Assembly (NCBI GenBank): GCA_004212975.1
Contig: SHBF01000001.1
Span: 2,801-66,800, forward strand
Source of the DNA: SAR86 cluster bacterium
GTDB lineage: Bacteria > Pseudomonadota > Gammaproteobacteria > Magnimaribacterales > D2472
Direction of reading: 5' to 3'
Length of the DNA: 64,000 bases
Numbering within the stretch: position 1 is the first letter of the stretch; every line of letters begins with the position of its first letter. The notes below the pieces were generated by a model, which was not told the DNA's origin, made no database searches, and worked only from the letters and a program-made list of their open reading frames with translations. Shown here piece by piece: positions 7,620-17,285 of the stretch. The position numbers and the translations under genes were made by a program.

Positions 7620-8366
7620 TTAATAAACTCCTTTTATGCTTATTTGACCAGTTGCAATAACTTCTTCACCTTCATTAGATTCAATTACTGCATTTCCTTG
7701 GGCATCTATATCTTTAAAAATACCTTTTTTTTGATGGCGTTTTCCATCGTATATTTCAATTTCTTTGTTTATATGCATACAACTCTTTTTCCAATCATCA
7801 GGCCAATTATCATAAGAATTATCAAAAACGTTTAAAAACTCGACCAATATTAAATTAATAAGCTCATTTCTTTTTGATTCAAGAGCAAATTTAGATAAAT
7901 CGCCCCACCATGATTCTTCTTTATCTATATTTAAGTTTATGCCTATTCCTATAATGGTTTTGATATTTTCCTTATTAATTTCAGTTTCAACCAAAATACC
8001 TCCAATTTTTTTATCATTAAATAAAATATCATTTGGCCATTTAAGCATTATTAAGGGTTTTCTTATTAATTTATCAACAGCTTTTTTGCAGATAAGACCG
8101 GAAATTAAGCTGATTGGGCTTATTTGTGAGATATTTTGATTAGTGCTGATTGTCATGTATATGTTGCCAGTATTGGGGCTAGACCACTTTTTACCGTGTC
8201 TTCCTCTTCCTTTTGTTTGTTTTTCTGCAATAAAAATATGAAACTCTTTTATGCTTTCAATTCTTTTAGCTTCGTCGTTTGTAGAGTCAATTTCATCATA
8301 AATATGAAGATTAAGCCTTTTTGATGGCAAATCCTTTAAAATTATGTCTTTATTAAGCTCGTTCAA
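7620..8366 (-). CDS. birA: Biotin--[acetyl-CoA-carboxylase] ligase, catalytic-only form (no N-terminal HTH)
   Basis: GRGRHGKKWSSP biotin-binding motif. 248 aa against about 321 aa for E. coli BirA. TTG start, with no in-frame ATG near it. Sits next to the tRNA/tuf cluster as in E. coli. Confidence 0.85.
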   Translation of the reverse strand: MNELNKDIILKDLPSKRLNLHIYDEIDSTNDEAKRIESIKEFHIFIAEKQTKGRGRHGKKWSSPNTGNIYMTISTNQNISQISPISLISGLICKKAVDKLIRKPLIMLKWPNDILFNDKKIGGILVETEINKENIKTIIGIGINLNIDKEESWWGDLSKFALESKRNELINLILVEFLNVFDNSYDNWPDDWKKSCMHINKEIEIYDGKRHQKKGIFKDIDAQGNAVIESNEGEEVIATGQISIKGVY

Positions 8367-8379
8367 TGTAAGAAATTAG

Positions 8380-8408
8380 TTGACTTAAAGTCATTCTAGA
8401 ACAAAAAT
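8380..8408 (+). promoter_or_regulatory. Possible sigma70 promoter for tRNA-Tyr
   Basis: TTGACT (8380-8385), 17-nt spacer, AAAAAT (8403-8408), 14 nt before the tRNA 5' end. The -10 is weak. Confidence 0.3.
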
Positions 8409-8422
8409 AGCTACCTTTAAAT

Positions 8423-8506
8423 GGAGAGGTGGGTGAGTGGTTAATACCAGCAGACTGTAAATCTGCCGCTTCGGCTACGTAGGTTCGAATCCTACCCTCT
8501 CCACCA
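8423..8506 (+). tRNA. tyrU: tRNA-Tyr (anticodon GUA)
   Basis: GGAGAGG acceptor, anticodon stem-loop GCAGA-CTGTAAA-TCTGC, long variable arm, TTCGAAT T-loop, encoded CCA. Confidence 0.95.
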
Positions 8507-8553
8507 TTGATTTTTATAAGAAAAAGCGTACTTAAAATATCTTCTAAAAAAGG

Positions 8554-8590
8554 TTGAGTTTATAGCCTTTTAGAGGGATAATACGCCACC
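8554..8590 (+). promoter_or_regulatory. Sigma70 promoter with GC-rich discriminator, upstream of tRNA-Thr and tuf
   Basis: TTGAGT (8554-8559), 17-nt spacer, GATAAT (8577-8582), then ACGCCACC. A-tract-rich upstream region. The AATACGCCAC module recurs at the S10 promoter. Confidence 0.5.
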
Positions 8591-8613
8591 AAAAATAGGA
8601 TGCTTATGAACGG

Positions 8614-8688
8614 GCTCATATAGCTCAGCGGTAGAGCACTTGCTTGGTAAGTAAGAGGTCACCGGTTCAAGTCCGGTTATGAGCTCCA
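8614..8688 (+). tRNA. thrT: tRNA-Thr (anticodon GGU)
   Basis: GCTCATA acceptor, anticodon stem-loop CTTGC-TTGGTAA-GTAAG, TTCAAGT T-loop, encoded CCA. Lies immediately upstream of tuf as in E. coli thrT-tufB. Confidence 0.95.
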
Positions 8689-8717
8689 ATTTATAACAAT
8701 TTTAGAGAGGCATAAAA

Positions 8718-9908
8718 ATGGCTAGAGAAAAATTCGAGAGAACCTTACCCCACGTTAATGTGGGTACTGTTGGTCACGTTGACCATGGTAAAACTACTCT
8801 TACTGCTGCTTTAACAAAAGTGGCTGCAGAGGTTTATGGTGGTGATGCAGTTGATTTTGCTAATATCGATAATGCTCCAGAAGAAAGAGAGAGAGGGATC
8901 ACAATCGCTACTTCTCACGTAGAGTATGTATCAACAGCGAGACACTATGCACACGTTGACTGTCCAGGTCACGCTGACTATGTTAAAAACATGATCACTG
9001 GTGCTGCACAAATGGATGGTGCAATTCTTGTTGTAAGTGCTGCTGATGGACCAATGCCTCAAACAAGAGAGCATATTCTTCTTGCAAGACAGGTTGGTGT
9101 TCCTTACATAGTTGTATACATGAACAAAGCTGATCAAAATGATGATGCTGAAATGATTGAGTTAGTTGAAATGGAAATTAGAGAGCTATTAAATGAATAT
9201 GATTTCCCTGGAGATGATACACCTATTATCGTAGGAAGTGCTTTAAAAGCACTTGAAGGAGATACTTCAGACATTGGTGTTCCTTCAGTACAAAAATTAA
9301 TTGAGACTTTAGATACATATGTTCCTGAGCCTGAAAGACCTGTTGATGGTAATTTCTTAATGCCGATTGAGGATGTTTTCACAATATCTGGAAGAGGTAC
9401 CGTAGTAACAGGAAGAATTGAAACTGGAATTGTTAATACTGGAGATCCTCTTGAGATCGTTGGTATTAAAGAAACAACTGATACAACTTGTACCGGTGTT
9501 GAAATGTTCAGAAAATCTCTTGATGAAGGAAGAGCTGGTGAGAATTGCGGTATTCTTTTAAGAGGCGTCGAAAGAGATGCTGTTGAGAGAGGACAAGTTT
9601 TAGCTAAACCTAAATCAATTTCACCTCATACAAAATTTGAAGCTGAAATATATGTTTTAAGTAAAGATGAAGGTGGAAGACATACTCCATTTATGAATAA
9701 TTACAGACCTCAGTTTTATTTCAGAACAACTGATGTAACAGGTGCTTGTGAATTACCTGAAGGTACTGAAATGGTTATGCCTGGAGATAATATCAAAATG
9801 GTTGTTTCATTAATTGCTCCAATTGCGATGGACGAAGGTTTGAAATTTGCAATCAGAGAGGGTGGAAGAACTGTTGGTGCTGGCGTAGTATCAAAAATAG
9901 TAGAGTAA
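8718..9908 (+). CDS. tuf: Elongation factor Tu
   Basis: 396 aa, [11 protein letters not shown]1 motif, [12 protein letters not shown]. Confidence 0.99.
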   Translation: MAREKFERTLPHVNVGTVGHVDHGKTTLTAALTKVAAEVYGGDAVDFANIDNAPEERERGITIATSHVEYVSTARHYAHVDCPGHADYVKNMITGAAQMDGAILVVSAADGPMPQTREHILLARQVGVPYIVVYMNKADQNDDAEMIELVEMEIRELLNEYDFPGDDTPIIVGSALKALEGDTSDIGVPSVQKLIETLDTYVPEPERPVDGNFLMPIEDVFTISGRGTVVTGRIETGIVNTGDPLEIVGIKETTDTTCTGVEMFRKSLDEGRAGENCGILLRGVERDAVERGQVLAKPKSISPHTKFEAEIYVLSKDEGGRHTPFMNNYRPQFYFRTTDVTGACELPEGTEMVMPGDNIKMVVSLIAPIAMDEGLKFAIREGGRTVGAGVVSKIVE

Positions 9909-9922
9909 CATAAGACTTTTTG

Positions 9923-9952
9923 GCCGAGGCTTTATGCCTCGGCTTGTTTGTC
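9923..9952 (+). terminator. Rho-independent terminator after tuf
   Basis: GCCGAGGC-TTTAT-GCCTCGGC hairpin (9923-9943) followed by TTGTTTGTCTTT. Confidence 0.8.
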
Positions 9953-9974
9953 TTTGAGGAAAATGAAAAATTAT

Positions 9975-10050
9975 AGGCCAGTGGCTCAATTGGTAGAGCA
10001 TCGGTCTCCAAAACCGGGGGTTGGGGGTTCGAGTCCCTCCTGGCCTGCCA
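9975..10050 (+). tRNA. trpT: tRNA-Trp (anticodon CCA)
   Basis: AGGCCAG acceptor, anticodon loop CTCCAAA, TTCGAGT T-loop, encoded CCA, 76 nt. Confidence 0.95.
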
Positions 10051-10079
10051 TGAGGAACGAGCTGGTAGAGAGTTGAATT

Positions 10080-10442
10080 ATGAATAAAGGGTCTACTTCA
10101 AAAACTCTTGATAACCTTAAGTGGTTATTAGCATTAATTGTATTTGCTGCAGCTGTTGTTGGAAATAGCTACTTTGTCGAGGTTGCATTCTTATATAGAG
10201 TTCTTGGTGTGTTATTTCTTTTCATTATTGGACTTGCAATAATTGCCATTACAAGCTTCGGTACAAATGCTATTAAGTTAATGAGAGAATCAAGAACGGA
10301 GATAAGAAAAGTTGTTTGGCCAACAAGAATGGAAACAACACAAACTTTTATGATCGTGTTTGGTGCAATCATTGTTTTATGTTTATTTTTTTGGGGACTT
10401 GAATCCCTTCTTAGTTTTTTAACAGGTTTAGTTTTAGGATAA
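10080..10442 (+). CDS. secE: Preprotein translocase subunit SecE
   Basis: 120 aa, three hydrophobic spans, conserved [16 protein letters not shown] segment, canonical position before nusG. Confidence 0.9.
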   Translation: MNKGSTSKTLDNLKWLLALIVFAAAVVGNSYFVEVAFLYRVLGVLFLFIIGLAIIAITSFGTNAIKLMRESRTEIRKVVWPTRMETTQTFMIVFGAIIVLCLFFWGLESLLSFLTGLVLG

Positions 10443-10444
10443 TA

Positions 10445-10972
10445 ATGGATTGGTATGTGATACAAGCTTATTCAGGCTATGAGCAGAAAGTTAAAGCTGC
10501 TCTTGAGGAGAGAATTGCATTAAATAACCTATCTGAAAAGTTTGGAGAAATCCTAATACCTACAGAGCAAATTGTAGAATTAAAAGGCGGCGCAAAAAAA
10601 ACAACAGAAAGGAAGTTTTTCCCTGGTTATATATTAGTTCAAATGAATTTAGAAGATGATTCGTGGCAGTTAGTTCAATCTACTCCTCGTGTTTCAGGTT
10701 TTGTAGGCGGAACTAGAGATAAGCCTCTACCTATATCTGAGGAAGATGTTAATAATATTATTAATAGAATTGAAGTTGGCGAAGATGCACCAGCTCCAAA
10801 AACAATTTATGAGCCTGGAGAAGTTATAAGAGTTTGTGATGGACCATTTAATGATTTTAATGGGGTGGTTGAAAACGTTGATTATGAGAGAAATATGGTT
10901 AAAGTTTCTGTTCAAATCCTTGGTAGGGCAACTCCAGTTGAGTTAGATTTTATGCAAATTGAGAAAACATAA
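10445..10972 (+). CDS. nusG: Transcription termination/antitermination factor NusG
   Basis: [19 protein letters not shown] start, KOW region [22 protein letters not shown]. Confidence 0.97.
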   Translation: MDWYVIQAYSGYEQKVKAALEERIALNNLSEKFGEILIPTEQIVELKGGAKKTTERKFFPGYILVQMNLEDDSWQLVQSTPRVSGFVGGTRDKPLPISEEDVNNIINRIEVGEDAPAPKTIYEPGEVIRVCDGPFNDFNGVVENVDYERNMVKVSVQILGRATPVELDFMQIEKT

Positions 10973-11400
10973 TGGCAAAAAAAGTAGTTAATGTATTAAA
11001 GTTACAAATTCCAGCCGGAGGTGCAAATCCAAGTCCTCCAGTAGGACCTGCTTTGGGCCAAGTTGGACTTAATATAATGGACTTTTGTAATGCATTTAAT
11101 TCTGCTACTCAAGAATCTGAAAAAGGCATGCCGCTTCCAGTTGTTATAAATGTATATGAAGACAAATCGTTCGATTTTGTTGTAAAAACTCCACCAGCAG
11201 CTGTTTTAATTAGAAAAGCTCTAAATATTCAAAAAGGAAGTGGTGAACCTAACAGAGAAAAGGTTGGAAAATTAACTAGAGCACAATTAGAAGATATAGC
11301 AAAGGCAAAAGAACCAGATTTAAATGCAAATGATATGGATGCTGCAGTGAAGATCATTGCAGGAACAGCAAGAAGTATGGGTGTTGAAACAGACTTATGA
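10972..11400 (+). CDS. rplK: 50S ribosomal protein L11
   Basis: [30 protein letters not shown]. Shares 1 nt with the nusG stop. Confidence 0.98.
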   Translation: MAKKVVNVLKLQIPAGGANPSPPVGPALGQVGLNIMDFCNAFNSATQESEKGMPLPVVINVYEDKSFDFVVKTPPAAVLIRKALNIQKGSGEPNREKVGKLTRAQLEDIAKAKEPDLNANDMDAAVKIIAGTARSMGVETDL

Positions 11401-12089
11401 GTAGCGTAACTAAAAAACAAAAAATCATTCAGGAAAAACTTGATCCTGAAAAATCTTACTCAATCACTGAAGCGATGGAAATCATTCAATCTGTTAAGTC
11501 TGAAAAGTTTGATGAATCGATTGATATATCTGTGAAACTTGGAGTAGATCCTAATAAATCTGATCAAAATGTTAGAGGAGCTGTTACTTTACCAAATAGT
11601 CTTGGTAAAGAAGTGAAGGTAGCAGTATTTGCAGATGGTGATCATGCCAGTCAGGCTGAAAAAGCAGGAGCTGATTTTATTGGAATGGATGATTTAGCAG
11701 AAAAGTTTCAAAAAGAAGAAATTAGCGTTGATGTTGTTATTTCATCAAATGCTGCAATGAAGGTAGTTGGTAAATTGGGTCAGGTACTTGGACCTAAAGG
11801 ACTAATGCCGAATCCAAAAACTGGAACAGTTTCTGATGATGTTGAAACAGCTATTAAAAATGTGAAAGCTGGACAAGTAAGATTTAGAACAGATAAAAAT
11901 GGAATTATTCATGGAAGTATTGGCAAAGTATCCTTTGATGGAGACAAAATTAAAGCAAATGCTTCAGCTTTATTAGAGGAATTAAAAAAATTAAAACCAG
12001 CATCTGCTAAAGGTGTTTATATTGGCAACATTGCCATTAGTAGCACCATGGGACCAGGTATAAAAATAAACCCTGGTGAGTTGGGATAA
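11397..12089 (+). CDS. rplA: 50S ribosomal protein L1
   Basis: 230 aa, [24 protein letters not shown]. 4-nt overlap with rplK. Confidence 0.98.
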   Translation: MSSVTKKQKIIQEKLDPEKSYSITEAMEIIQSVKSEKFDESIDISVKLGVDPNKSDQNVRGAVTLPNSLGKEVKVAVFADGDHASQAEKAGADFIGMDDLAEKFQKEEISVDVVISSNAAMKVVGKLGQVLGPKGLMPNPKTGTVSDDVETAIKNVKAGQVRFRTDKNGIIHGSIGKVSFDGDKIKANASALLEELKKLKPASAKGVYIGNIAISSTMGPGIKINPGELG

Positions 12090-12250
12090 GTTTTAGTTTT
12101 ACAGAGATGTAAAACTAGATAGTTGCGTTTTACGCAGCCGTCGAAGACCGTAGGTGTCGAAAGACTTAATTGCCTACGTAGGGGGTGTTCAAATTGTAAT
12201 TTTTGCAATTTGTCGCCAAATAGCCGAAAGGCTTTAATTGGAGAATTGCT
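12090..12250 (+). promoter_or_regulatory. Structured rplJ (L10) leader
   Basis: A 161-nt gap in an otherwise gap-free cluster. Hairpins read by eye: 12095-12116 (AGTTTTAC/GTAAAACT), 12124-12136, 12149-12178 (CGTAGG/CCTACG enclosing GTC-GAAA-GAC), 12190-12212, and 12222-12233 (AGCC-GAAA-GGCT) just before the GGAG RBS. Confidence 0.5.
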
Positions 12251-12781
12251 GTGGCATTATCTAAGAGTGAAAAAGAAAAAATAGTACAGGATGTTAAAGA
12301 AGTTGCATCAAATGCTTCTTCATTAGTCATCTCTGATGCTAGAGGTTTAAAAGTATCTGAGCTTTCTGAGATTAGAACTAAAGCAAATCAGTCAGGTATT
12401 CATATCCAAGTGATAAAGAATTCATTGGCTAAATTAGCTTTTGAAGGAACTGATTTTGGATGTTCTGACGAAGTTCTTATTGGACCTTCACTATTTGCTT
12501 TTTCTTTCGAAGAGCCGGGTGCAGCTGCAAAATTGCTCAAGACTTATGCCAAAAATTTTGATGAACTTGAAATTAAAGCTCTAGTAGTTGAAGGGCAATT
12601 ATTAGATGGAAGCCAAATTGATATTTTGGCAAAACTTCCTTCTAAAGAAGAAGCATATGGACTTATTGCCAATGTATTACAGGCTCCAGTAGGTAAGTTT
12701 GCAACTTTACTAAATGAAGTTCCAAGCAAGCTTGCAAGAGTACTAACAGCAGTTCGAGACAACAAAGAGGCGTCAGCCTAA
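12251..12781 (+). CDS. rplJ: 50S ribosomal protein L10
   Basis: GTG start with a GGAG RBS. 176 aa, ...[17 protein letters not shown]... Confidence 0.97.
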   Translation: MALSKSEKEKIVQDVKEVASNASSLVISDARGLKVSELSEIRTKANQSGIHIQVIKNSLAKLAFEGTDFGCSDEVLIGPSLFAFSFEEPGAAAKLLKTYAKNFDELEIKALVVEGQLLDGSQIDILAKLPSKEEAYGLIANVLQAPVGKFATLLNEVPSKLARVLTAVRDNKEASA

Positions 12782-12798
12782 ATTATAAGGAGAATAGA

Positions 12799-13182
12799 AT
12801 GGCAACTAATAAAGATGATATCTTAAAAGCAATAGAGGAAATGTCAGTTATGGATCTAGTAGATCTTATTTCAGCTATTGAAGAAAAATTTGGTGTTACA
12901 GCAGCAGCAGCTGTTGCAGCAGCACCACCAGCAGCAGGTGGAGACGGTGACGCTCCAGCAGCTGAAGAGAAAGATGCATTTGATGTTGTTTTAGCAGCAG
13001 TAGGTGATCAAAAAGTTCAAGTTATTAAAGCTGTAAGAGCTATAACTGGACTTGGTTTAAAAGAAGCAAAAGATATGGTTGATGGAGCACCTAGTACTTT
13101 AAAAGAGGGTGTTAAAAAAGAGGAAGCCGAAGAGATGTTAGCAAAGCTTACTGAAGCTGGAGCTACTGGCGAACTTAAGTAA
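12799..13182 (+). CDS. rplL: 50S ribosomal protein L7/L12
   Basis: Ala/Pro-rich hinge plus C-terminal [27 protein letters not shown]. Confidence 0.98.
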   Translation: MATNKDDILKAIEEMSVMDLVDLISAIEEKFGVTAAAAVAAAPPAAGGDGDAPAAEEKDAFDVVLAAVGDQKVQVIKAVRAITGLGLKEAKDMVDGAPSTLKEGVKKEEAEEMLAKLTEAGATGELK

Positions 13183-13214
13183 AACAATCATATTAAATTA
13201 ATAAGGAAGCATTT

Positions 13215-16200
13215 ATGCCATATAGCTATACAGAAAAGAAAAGAATAAGAAAGAATTTTGGTACCTTCGCTCAGGTGATGGATCTACCAAACTTGATTGA
13301 AACCCAAACTAATTCTTATGCTGAATTTTTGCAAGCTGATGTGGCACCTGAGGCAAGAAAGAAACAAGGACTTGAGGAAGTTTTTCAATCCTTGTTTCCA
13401 ATTAAAAGTGTTTCAGGTAATGCAGCCTTAGAGTATGTATCTTATGAACTTGGCAAAAATACATACGACGTTCAAGAATGTTTAATACAAGGATTGACAT
13501 ATTCTGCACCGCTAAGAATAAAAGTTAAATTAGTTTTATTTGATAGAGATTCTAATTTTGAAGAAGTAAAAGATATTAAAGAAGGTGAAGTATTTATGGG
13601 CGAAGTACCATTAATGACTGATGATGCTTCATTTATTATCAATGGAACTGAAAGGGTTGTTGTATCTCAATTACATAGGTCTCCAGGCGTCTTTTATGAT
13701 CACGATAAGGGTAAAACTCATTCTTCAGGAAAGGTTTTATATTCTGCAAGAATTATTCCATATAGAGGTTCTTGGTTAGATTTTGAGTTTGATCCTAAAG
13801 ACATTCTATTTAGCAGAATAGATAGAAGAAGAAAAATTCCAGCCACTATTATGCTAAGAGCTCTCGATATGGGCACTGAAGAAATATTATCCGAGTTTTA
13901 TGAAGAAGATATTTTTACTATTGATAAAGATAATGTAAAGGTAGCATTAGTTCCAGAGAGACTTCGTGGTGAGACTCTATCAGTTGACATAAAAGTTAAA
14001 AGCAAAGTTTATGTAGAAGCTGGTAAGAGAATTACTGCTCGTCACATTAAAGAGCTTACAGGTTCTAAAGCCTCTGAAATATCATTAGCCCAAGAATTCT
14101 TATACGGAAAAGTTCTTTCGAAAGACATTTTTAATAAAGAGACTGGTGAAGTTTTATTTTCTGCAAACACTGAAATTGACGAAGTGATTTTGGAAGAAAT
14201 TAAAAATAATGACATCAATCAAATTAAATGCTTGTACATAAATGAATTAGATAAAGGTCCTTACATATCAAATACTTTGAGAGCTGATCCTACAACTAAT
14301 AAATTAGAAGCTCTAGTTGAAATATACAGAATGATGAGGCCAGGAGAGCCACCAACAAAAGATTCGGCAGAAACCTTGTTTAATAATTTATTCTTTAATG
14401 AAGAAAGATATGATTTATCTGAAGTAGGCAGAATGAAATTTGATAGAAGACTTAAGCTTGATACTAAAAAAGATAATCCACATGTTTTAGACAAGCAGGA
14501 CATAATCGAGGTTATGAAAGGTATTGTTAATATTCGTGACGGACATGATATTGTTGATGATATTGATCATCTTGGAAATAGAAGAGTTAGATCTGTTGGT
14601 GAAATGACTGCTAATCAATTTAGAGTTGGTCTTATTAGAGTTGAAAGAGCAGTAAGAGAAAGATTAAGCATGGCTGAAGCTGATGAACTTGGACCGCAAG
14701 ATTTAATTAATGCCAAACCAGTAACTGCAGCAATTAAAGAATTTTTTGGTTCCAGCCAATTATCACAATTTATGGATCAAAATAATCCTTTATCAGAAAT
14801 TACTCATAAGAGAAGGGTTTCCGCACTTGGGCCTGGAGGACTTACAAGAGAAAGAGCTGGATTTGAGGTGAGAGACGTTCATCCAACTCATTATGGAAGA
14901 GTTTGTCCAATTGAAACTCCAGAAGGACCAAATATTGGATTAATTAATTCTTTTGCGTCATATTCAAGAACAAATCAATATGGTTTTATTGAAACTCCGT
15001 ATAGAAAAGTATCAAAAGGTAAGGTTACGGACGAAATTATATATTTGTCAGCAATTGATGAAGCTGAGCATGTTATTGCACAAGCAAACGTAATGCTAGA
15101 TAAAAACAATAGATTTGTAGATGATCTTGTTGCTGTAAGACATGCAAATGAATTTGAGTTAATGTCCCCAGACAGAATTGATTTGATGGATGTATCTCCA
15201 CAACAAGTTGTTTCAATTGCTGCTTCTTTAATACCATTTCTAGAGCATGATGACGCTAACAGAGCTTTAATGGGATCTAACATGCAACGACAAGCAGTTC
15301 CTGTTCTAAGAGCTGAGAAACCACTAGTAGGAACTGGATTAGAAACTGTTGTAGCAAGAGATTCAGGAGTCTGTATTGTTGCTAAAAATTCAGGAGTTGT
15401 AGAAAGTGTTGATGCTTCTAGAATTGTTGTTCGTGTAACCGACAAGAAGTCTAAAACTGCTTCAGACGTCTATAATCTAATTAAATATACAAGATCAAAT
15501 CAGAATACTTGTATTAATCAACGCCCGATTGTAAAAGCAGGCGATGTCGTTAAAAAAGACGATATTCTTGCTGACGGACCCTCTGTTGATAATGGGGAGT
15601 TAGCGTTAGGGCAAAATATCAGAATTGCTTTTATGCCTTGGAATGGATACAACTTTGAGGACTCAATTTTAATCTCTGAGAAAGTCGCAAGAGAAGATAG
15701 GTTCACATCAATTCATATTCAGGAAATAGTTTGTATTGCCAGAGATACAAAGCTTGGTTCAGAAGAAATTACAGCAGATATTCCAAATGTTGGAGAAGGC
15801 TCATTAAACAAGCTTGATGAATGCGGAATTGTATATGTTGGCGCTGAAGTTGAGCCAGGAGACATTTTAGTAGGAAAGATTACTCCTAAAGGTGAGACTC
15901 AACTTTCTCCAGAAGAAAAATTGTTAAGAGCAATTTTTGGAGAAAAGGCATCTGATGTAAAAGACACATCACAAAGATCAAGCTCAAAAGGGACAGTAAT
16001 AGGTGTTGAAGTTTTCACTAGAGACGGTGTTGAAAAAGATGAAAGGACTCAAGCAATTGAGCAAGATCATCTTGATCAGTCAAAAAAAGATGCTGATGAC
16101 GAGGCGGGTGTTGTAGAACAAGCCACTAAAACAAGGTTATGCGAGCTATTAAAGTCTAAAAAAGCAGTAAAAGGAAATGGTGTAAAAAGAGGAGAGGTTC

Positions 16201-17276
16201 TCACAGCTGAAAAACTAGAATCTTTTAAACTAAATGATATTTTCTCCCTAAGAACCAGTGATGATTCTATTAATACTGTTATTGAAGAAACAGAAACCTC
16301 ATATAAGCAATATATCAAAGATATTAAAGCAAGATATGAGGAGAAAGTTGCAAAAATTACTAGGGGTCATGATTTAGCACCAGGCGTAATTAAAATTGTT
16401 AAAGTCTTTTTGGCAATTAAAAGAAGAATTCAGCCTGGAGACAAAATGGCAGGAAGACATGGAAACAAAGGTGTTATTTCTGAAATCATGCCTGTTGAGG
16501 ATATGCCATATGATGAAAAAGGAAATCCAGTTGATATTGTTTTAAATCCGCTCGGAGTTCCCTCAAGAATGAACGTTGGGCAGATACTTGAAACGCATAT
16601 GGGATCTGCTGCAAAAGGTATAGGAAGAAAAATAGATGAAATGATTAAAGATAATGCAAAACCTGCAGAACTCAAATCTTATTTGGATAAACTATATAAC
16701 CAAAATGCTGCAAATAAAGAAGATATTAATTCACTTAATAACACTGAAATTAATGAGCTTGCAGAAAATCTGAGAGATGGCTTACCAATTGCTACTCCTG
16801 TTTTTGATGGTGCAAAAGAAAGTGAAATTAAAGATCTTCTTAAGCTTGCTGATATACCAGAATCAGGTCAGATAAATCTTTATGATGGAAGAACCGGATC
16901 AAAATTTGACAGGCCTGTAACAGTTGGTTACATGTACATGATTAAGTTGAACCACTTAGTTGATGACAAAATGCATGCTAGATCAACTGGATCATATAGC
17001 CTTGTAACACAACAACCATTAGGCGGAAAGGCTCAGTTTGGAGGCCAAAGATTTGGCGAAATGGAGGTTTGGGCGCTTGAGGCCTACGGAGCTTCATACA
17101 CTCTTCAAGAAATGCTTACTGTTAAATCTGATGATGTATCTGGAAGAACGAAAATGTATAAAAATATCGTTGATGGAAGTTATGAAATGGATGCCAATGT
17201 CCCAGAATCATTTAACGTTTTAAGTAAAGAGATTAAATCTCTAGGAATTAACATCGAATTAGATTTAGAAAATTAG
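13215..17276 (+). CDS. rpoB: DNA-directed RNA polymerase subunit beta
   Basis: 1353 aa, [16 protein letters not shown] start, ...[18 protein letters not shown]... Confidence 0.99.
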   Translation: MPYSYTEKKRIRKNFGTFAQVMDLPNLIETQTNSYAEFLQADVAPEARKKQGLEEVFQSLFPIKSVSGNAALEYVSYELGKNTYDVQECLIQGLTYSAPLRIKVKLVLFDRDSNFEEVKDIKEGEVFMGEVPLMTDDASFIINGTERVVVSQLHRSPGVFYDHDKGKTHSSGKVLYSARIIPYRGSWLDFEFDPKDILFSRIDRRRKIPATIMLRALDMGTEEILSEFYEEDIFTIDKDNVKVALVPERLRGETLSVDIKVKSKVYVEAGKRITARHIKELTGSKASEISLAQEFLYGKVLSKDIFNKETGEVLFSANTEIDEVILEEIKNNDINQIKCLYINELDKGPYISNTLRADPTTNKLEALVEIYRMMRPGEPPTKDSAETLFNNLFFNEERYDLSEVGRMKFDRRLKLDTKKDNPHVLDKQDIIEVMKGIVNIRDGHDIVDDIDHLGNRRVRSVGEMTANQFRVGLIRVERAVRERLSMAEADELGPQDLINAKPVTAAIKEFFGSSQLSQFMDQNNPLSEITHKRRVSALGPGGLTRERAGFEVRDVHPTHYGRVCPIETPEGPNIGLINSFASYSRTNQYGFIETPYRKVSKGKVTDEIIYLSAIDEAEHVIAQANVMLDKNNRFVDDLVAVRHANEFELMSPDRIDLMDVSPQQVVSIAASLIPFLEHDDANRALMGSNMQRQAVPVLRAEKPLVGTGLETVVARDSGVCIVAKNSGVVESVDASRIVVRVTDKKSKTASDVYNLIKYTRSNQNTCINQRPIVKAGDVVKKDDILADGPSVDNGELALGQNIRIAFMPWNGYNFEDSILISEKVAREDRFTSIHIQEIVCIARDTKLGSEEITADIPNVGEGSLNKLDECGIVYVGAEVEPGDILVGKITPKGETQLSPEEKLLRAIFGEKASDVKDTSQRSSSKGTVIGVEVFTRDGVEKDERTQAIEQDHLDQSKKDADDEAGVVEQATKTRLCELLKSKKAVKGNGVKRGEVLTAEKLESFKLNDIFSLRTSDDSINTVIEETETSYKQYIKDIKARYEEKVAKITRGHDLAPGVIKIVKVFLAIKRRIQPGDKMAGRHGNKGVISEIMPVEDMPYDEKGNPVDIVLNPLGVPSRMNVGQILETHMGSAAKGIGRKIDEMIKDNAKPAELKSYLDKLYNQNAANKEDINSLNNTEINELAENLRDGLPIATPVFDGAKESEIKDLLKLADIPESGQINLYDGRTGSKFDRPVTVGYMYMIKLNHLVDDKMHARSTGSYSLVTQQPLGGKAQFGGQRFGEMEVWALEAYGASYTLQEMLTVKSDDVSGRTKMYKNIVDGSYEMDANVPESFNVLSKEIKSLGINIELDLEN

Positions 17277-17285
17277 GAGAATAAA

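Noticed and set aside
14975-15445. 156-aa minus-strand ORF inside rpoB. Similar long antisense ORFs lie at 17708-18076, 18938-19294 and 20036-20476 (inside rpoC) and at 24049-24423 (inside fusA).
   Set aside because: They lie fully antisense to strongly recognised core genes. Their composition is Ser/Leu/Ile-rich and low in complexity, as expected of shadow frames in AT-rich coding DNA. No RBS or family resemblance was seen.
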